This document shows, piece by piece, positions 62,391 to 64,000 of a DNA stretch of 64,000 nucleotides. Under the pieces are notes generated by a model. That model worked only from the letters and a program-made list of their open reading frames with translations, was not told the DNA's origin and searched no databases. A program made the position numbers and the translations under genes. The stretch spans positions 128,001-192,000 of the forward strand of contig CAVQEQ010000003.1 of NCBI GenBank assembly GCA_963711565.1. Reading direction: 5' to 3'. The first letter of the stretch is position 1. Every line of letters begins with the position of its first letter. The DNA comes from an uncultured delta proteobacterium. Its GTDB lineage: Bacteria > Desulfobacterota > Binatia > Binatales > Binataceae.

Positions 62391-62487
62391 AGAGCACTGC
62401 AAATATAGGCCCGCCAAGCGATCTGCTCAAGACTGGACGGTTTTACTTGAAGCAGGCTCGAACGCATGCGAAAGTTTTGACCGACTC

Positions 62488-63495
62488 ATGAAAATAATTT
62501 CAACAGTCGCGCTACAACCCGCGCAGCGCAGCGCAATCCTGAACGCCGTGCCGGGCGCCGACCTGGCGGATCGTCAATGCCGTACGGCTGAAGAAGTAAG
62601 CGAGCTGGTGGGCTCGGGATGCGACGTGATGCTCACGTTTCGGGTGCCCAACGACATCGCGACTCGCGCGCGCGGGCTTAAATGGATTCAACTGCTGAGT
62701 GCGGGCGCCGACCACGTACTCGGTGGGCCGCTCAAGAGCACTCCGATGGCAATCACGACCGCGAGCGGAATTCACGCGACGCCGATCGCAGAATACACGC
62801 TGGCCTCGATGCTCGCGTATGCGCATCGGATACATCTGGCGATTCGGGCGCAGGTCCGCCGCGAGTGGATGCGATCGGGCGCTTTCATGGCGGGCGTCGA
62901 TGACATCCGCGGGCAGACGCTCGGCATCATCGGCTACGGCTCAATCGGAAGAGAAACGGCGCGGCTCGCGGCCGCATTTGGAATGAAAGTGATCGCGCTC
63001 AAGCGCAACCCGGCCGACCGCGCCGACCCCGGATGGAGCCCGGCAGGGCTTGGCGATCCTGAGGGCAAAATCCCATCACGAATCTTCGGCGCTGATGAGC
63101 GCGAAGCGATCCTACGCGAATCCGACTACATCTCGGTGACACTGCCGCTAACCGACCACACGCGCAAATTCATCGGCGAGCGCGAGTTCGCCGCGATGAA
63201 GCCCGGCGCGTATCTCGTAAACATAGGGCGCGGCGAAGTGATCGATGAACGTGCGATGGCCGCGGCGCTGACCGCCGCAAAAATCGGCGGCGCGGGCCTC
63301 AACGTCTTCGAGCATGAACCGCTGGAAGCGAGCAGCCCGCTGTGGGACATGGAAAACGTCATCCTGACGCCGCACATCTCGGGCGCGAGCCGCGGCTACA
63401 TGGACAAAGCCTGCGAGCTATTTGCGGAAAATCTGAAAAGGTTCGCGGCGAATCGCCCGCTACTGAATCTGGTAGATCCAGCGCTCGGCTATTGA
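62488..63495 (+). CDS. D-2-hydroxyacid dehydrogenase
   Basis: GYGSIG, NIGRG, GL(N)VFEHEPL, TPHISG motifs. Confidence 0.93.
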   Translation: MKIISTVALQPAQRSAILNAVPGADLADRQCRTAEEVSELVGSGCDVMLTFRVPNDIATRARGLKWIQLLSAGADHVLGGPLKSTPMAITTASGIHATPIAEYTLASMLAYAHRIHLAIRAQVRREWMRSGAFMAGVDDIRGQTLGIIGYGSIGRETARLAAAFGMKVIALKRNPADRADPGWSPAGLGDPEGKIPSRIFGADEREAILRESDYISVTLPLTDHTRKFIGEREFAAMKPGAYLVNIGRGEVIDERAMAAALTAAKIGGAGLNVFEHEPLEASSPLWDMENVILTPHISGASRGYMDKACELFAENLKRFAANRPLLNLVDPALGY

Positions 63496-63504
63496 TTGCA
63501 GGAG

Positions 63505-64000
63505 TCAGTCGAGACCGATCGCGTCGCGAAGTGCCTTGGTCCAGCCGAGCCAGCGTTGGTCGGGTCCGCTGAAGCCGTCCCACAACATGCTGTTGCACAC
63601 ATAGGCCACTGCGATGCCTGATTCCGGATGCGCGAAGGCCATGCGGCCGCCTGCGCCGCCGTGACCGAAAGATCCTTCGCCCAGCATAGGCTCAATCGCG
63701 CGCGGCAGCTCGAAACCCAGACCGAATCTTTGCGGTCCCGGACCAGCCAGCGGCTTCAGCGAAGCGGGCGCACCAAGCTCCTCGTCCTGCGATTCGCGCG
63801 CGCGCTCGACGGTCTCGGGCGTCAGCAGGCGAATGCCATCGATCTCGCCGACGCAGGCGGCGTACATCTTTGCCAGCGAGCGCGCATTCGCGATGCCGTT
63901 GCCGAAGGGAAGTTGAGCCGCGTGAGCTTCACGCGTGTTGATCAGATTCAAACCGTCGGCGCCCGACGCGATCAAACCTAATGCGGCGCGCACCGGGCGT
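63505..64000 (-). CDS. Serine hydrolase (beta-lactamase family), 5'-truncated by the window edge
   Basis: NARSLAKMYAA, FGLGF, FGHGGAGG motifs. Confidence 0.85.
   Translation of the reverse strand, partial: RPVRAALGLIASGADGLNLINTREAHAAQLPFGNGIANARSLAKMYAACVGEIDGIRLLTPETVERARESQDEELGAPASLKPLAGPGPQRFGLGFELPRAIEPMLGEGSFGHGGAGGRMAFAHPESGIAVAYVCNSMLWDGFSGPDQRWLGWTKALRDAIGLD

Overview
A GC-rich bacterial chromosome segment. Gene content and style suggest a Deltaproteobacteria-like soil lineage such as Candidatus Binatia (inference only). It is mostly housekeeping: panBC, coaX, tRNA-Pro(GGG), pcm-M23-apt, thiSGE under a TPP riboswitch, alr-purH-purD-tsaC, eno-gpmI, an M16 peptidase pair and mfd-surA-pdxA-uvrA. 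Small accessory islets add four toxin-antitoxin-like loci and a REP-flanked cargo gene, and there is a parS-like palindrome. No CRISPR array, rRNA, integrase or transposase was seen. Most notable: (1) a recurrent TCGAC->TCAAC change at conserved codons in eight unrelated genes, plus two +1 frameshifts in an identical 11-mer, most likely the footprint of a DNA modification seen as sequencing error or mutation; (2) a three-stem pan-like leader RNA with an intrinsic terminator before panB; (3) four secreted, largely disordered proteins sharing short motifs, two with PDZ domains split by a hydrophobic insert; (4) a peroxiredoxin-fold membrane protein lacking its CxxC and a degenerate isochorismatase beside a CDF transporter; (5) an Arg-rich uORF coupled to an APC permease. 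All family assignments are from recognised motifs; no database searches were run.
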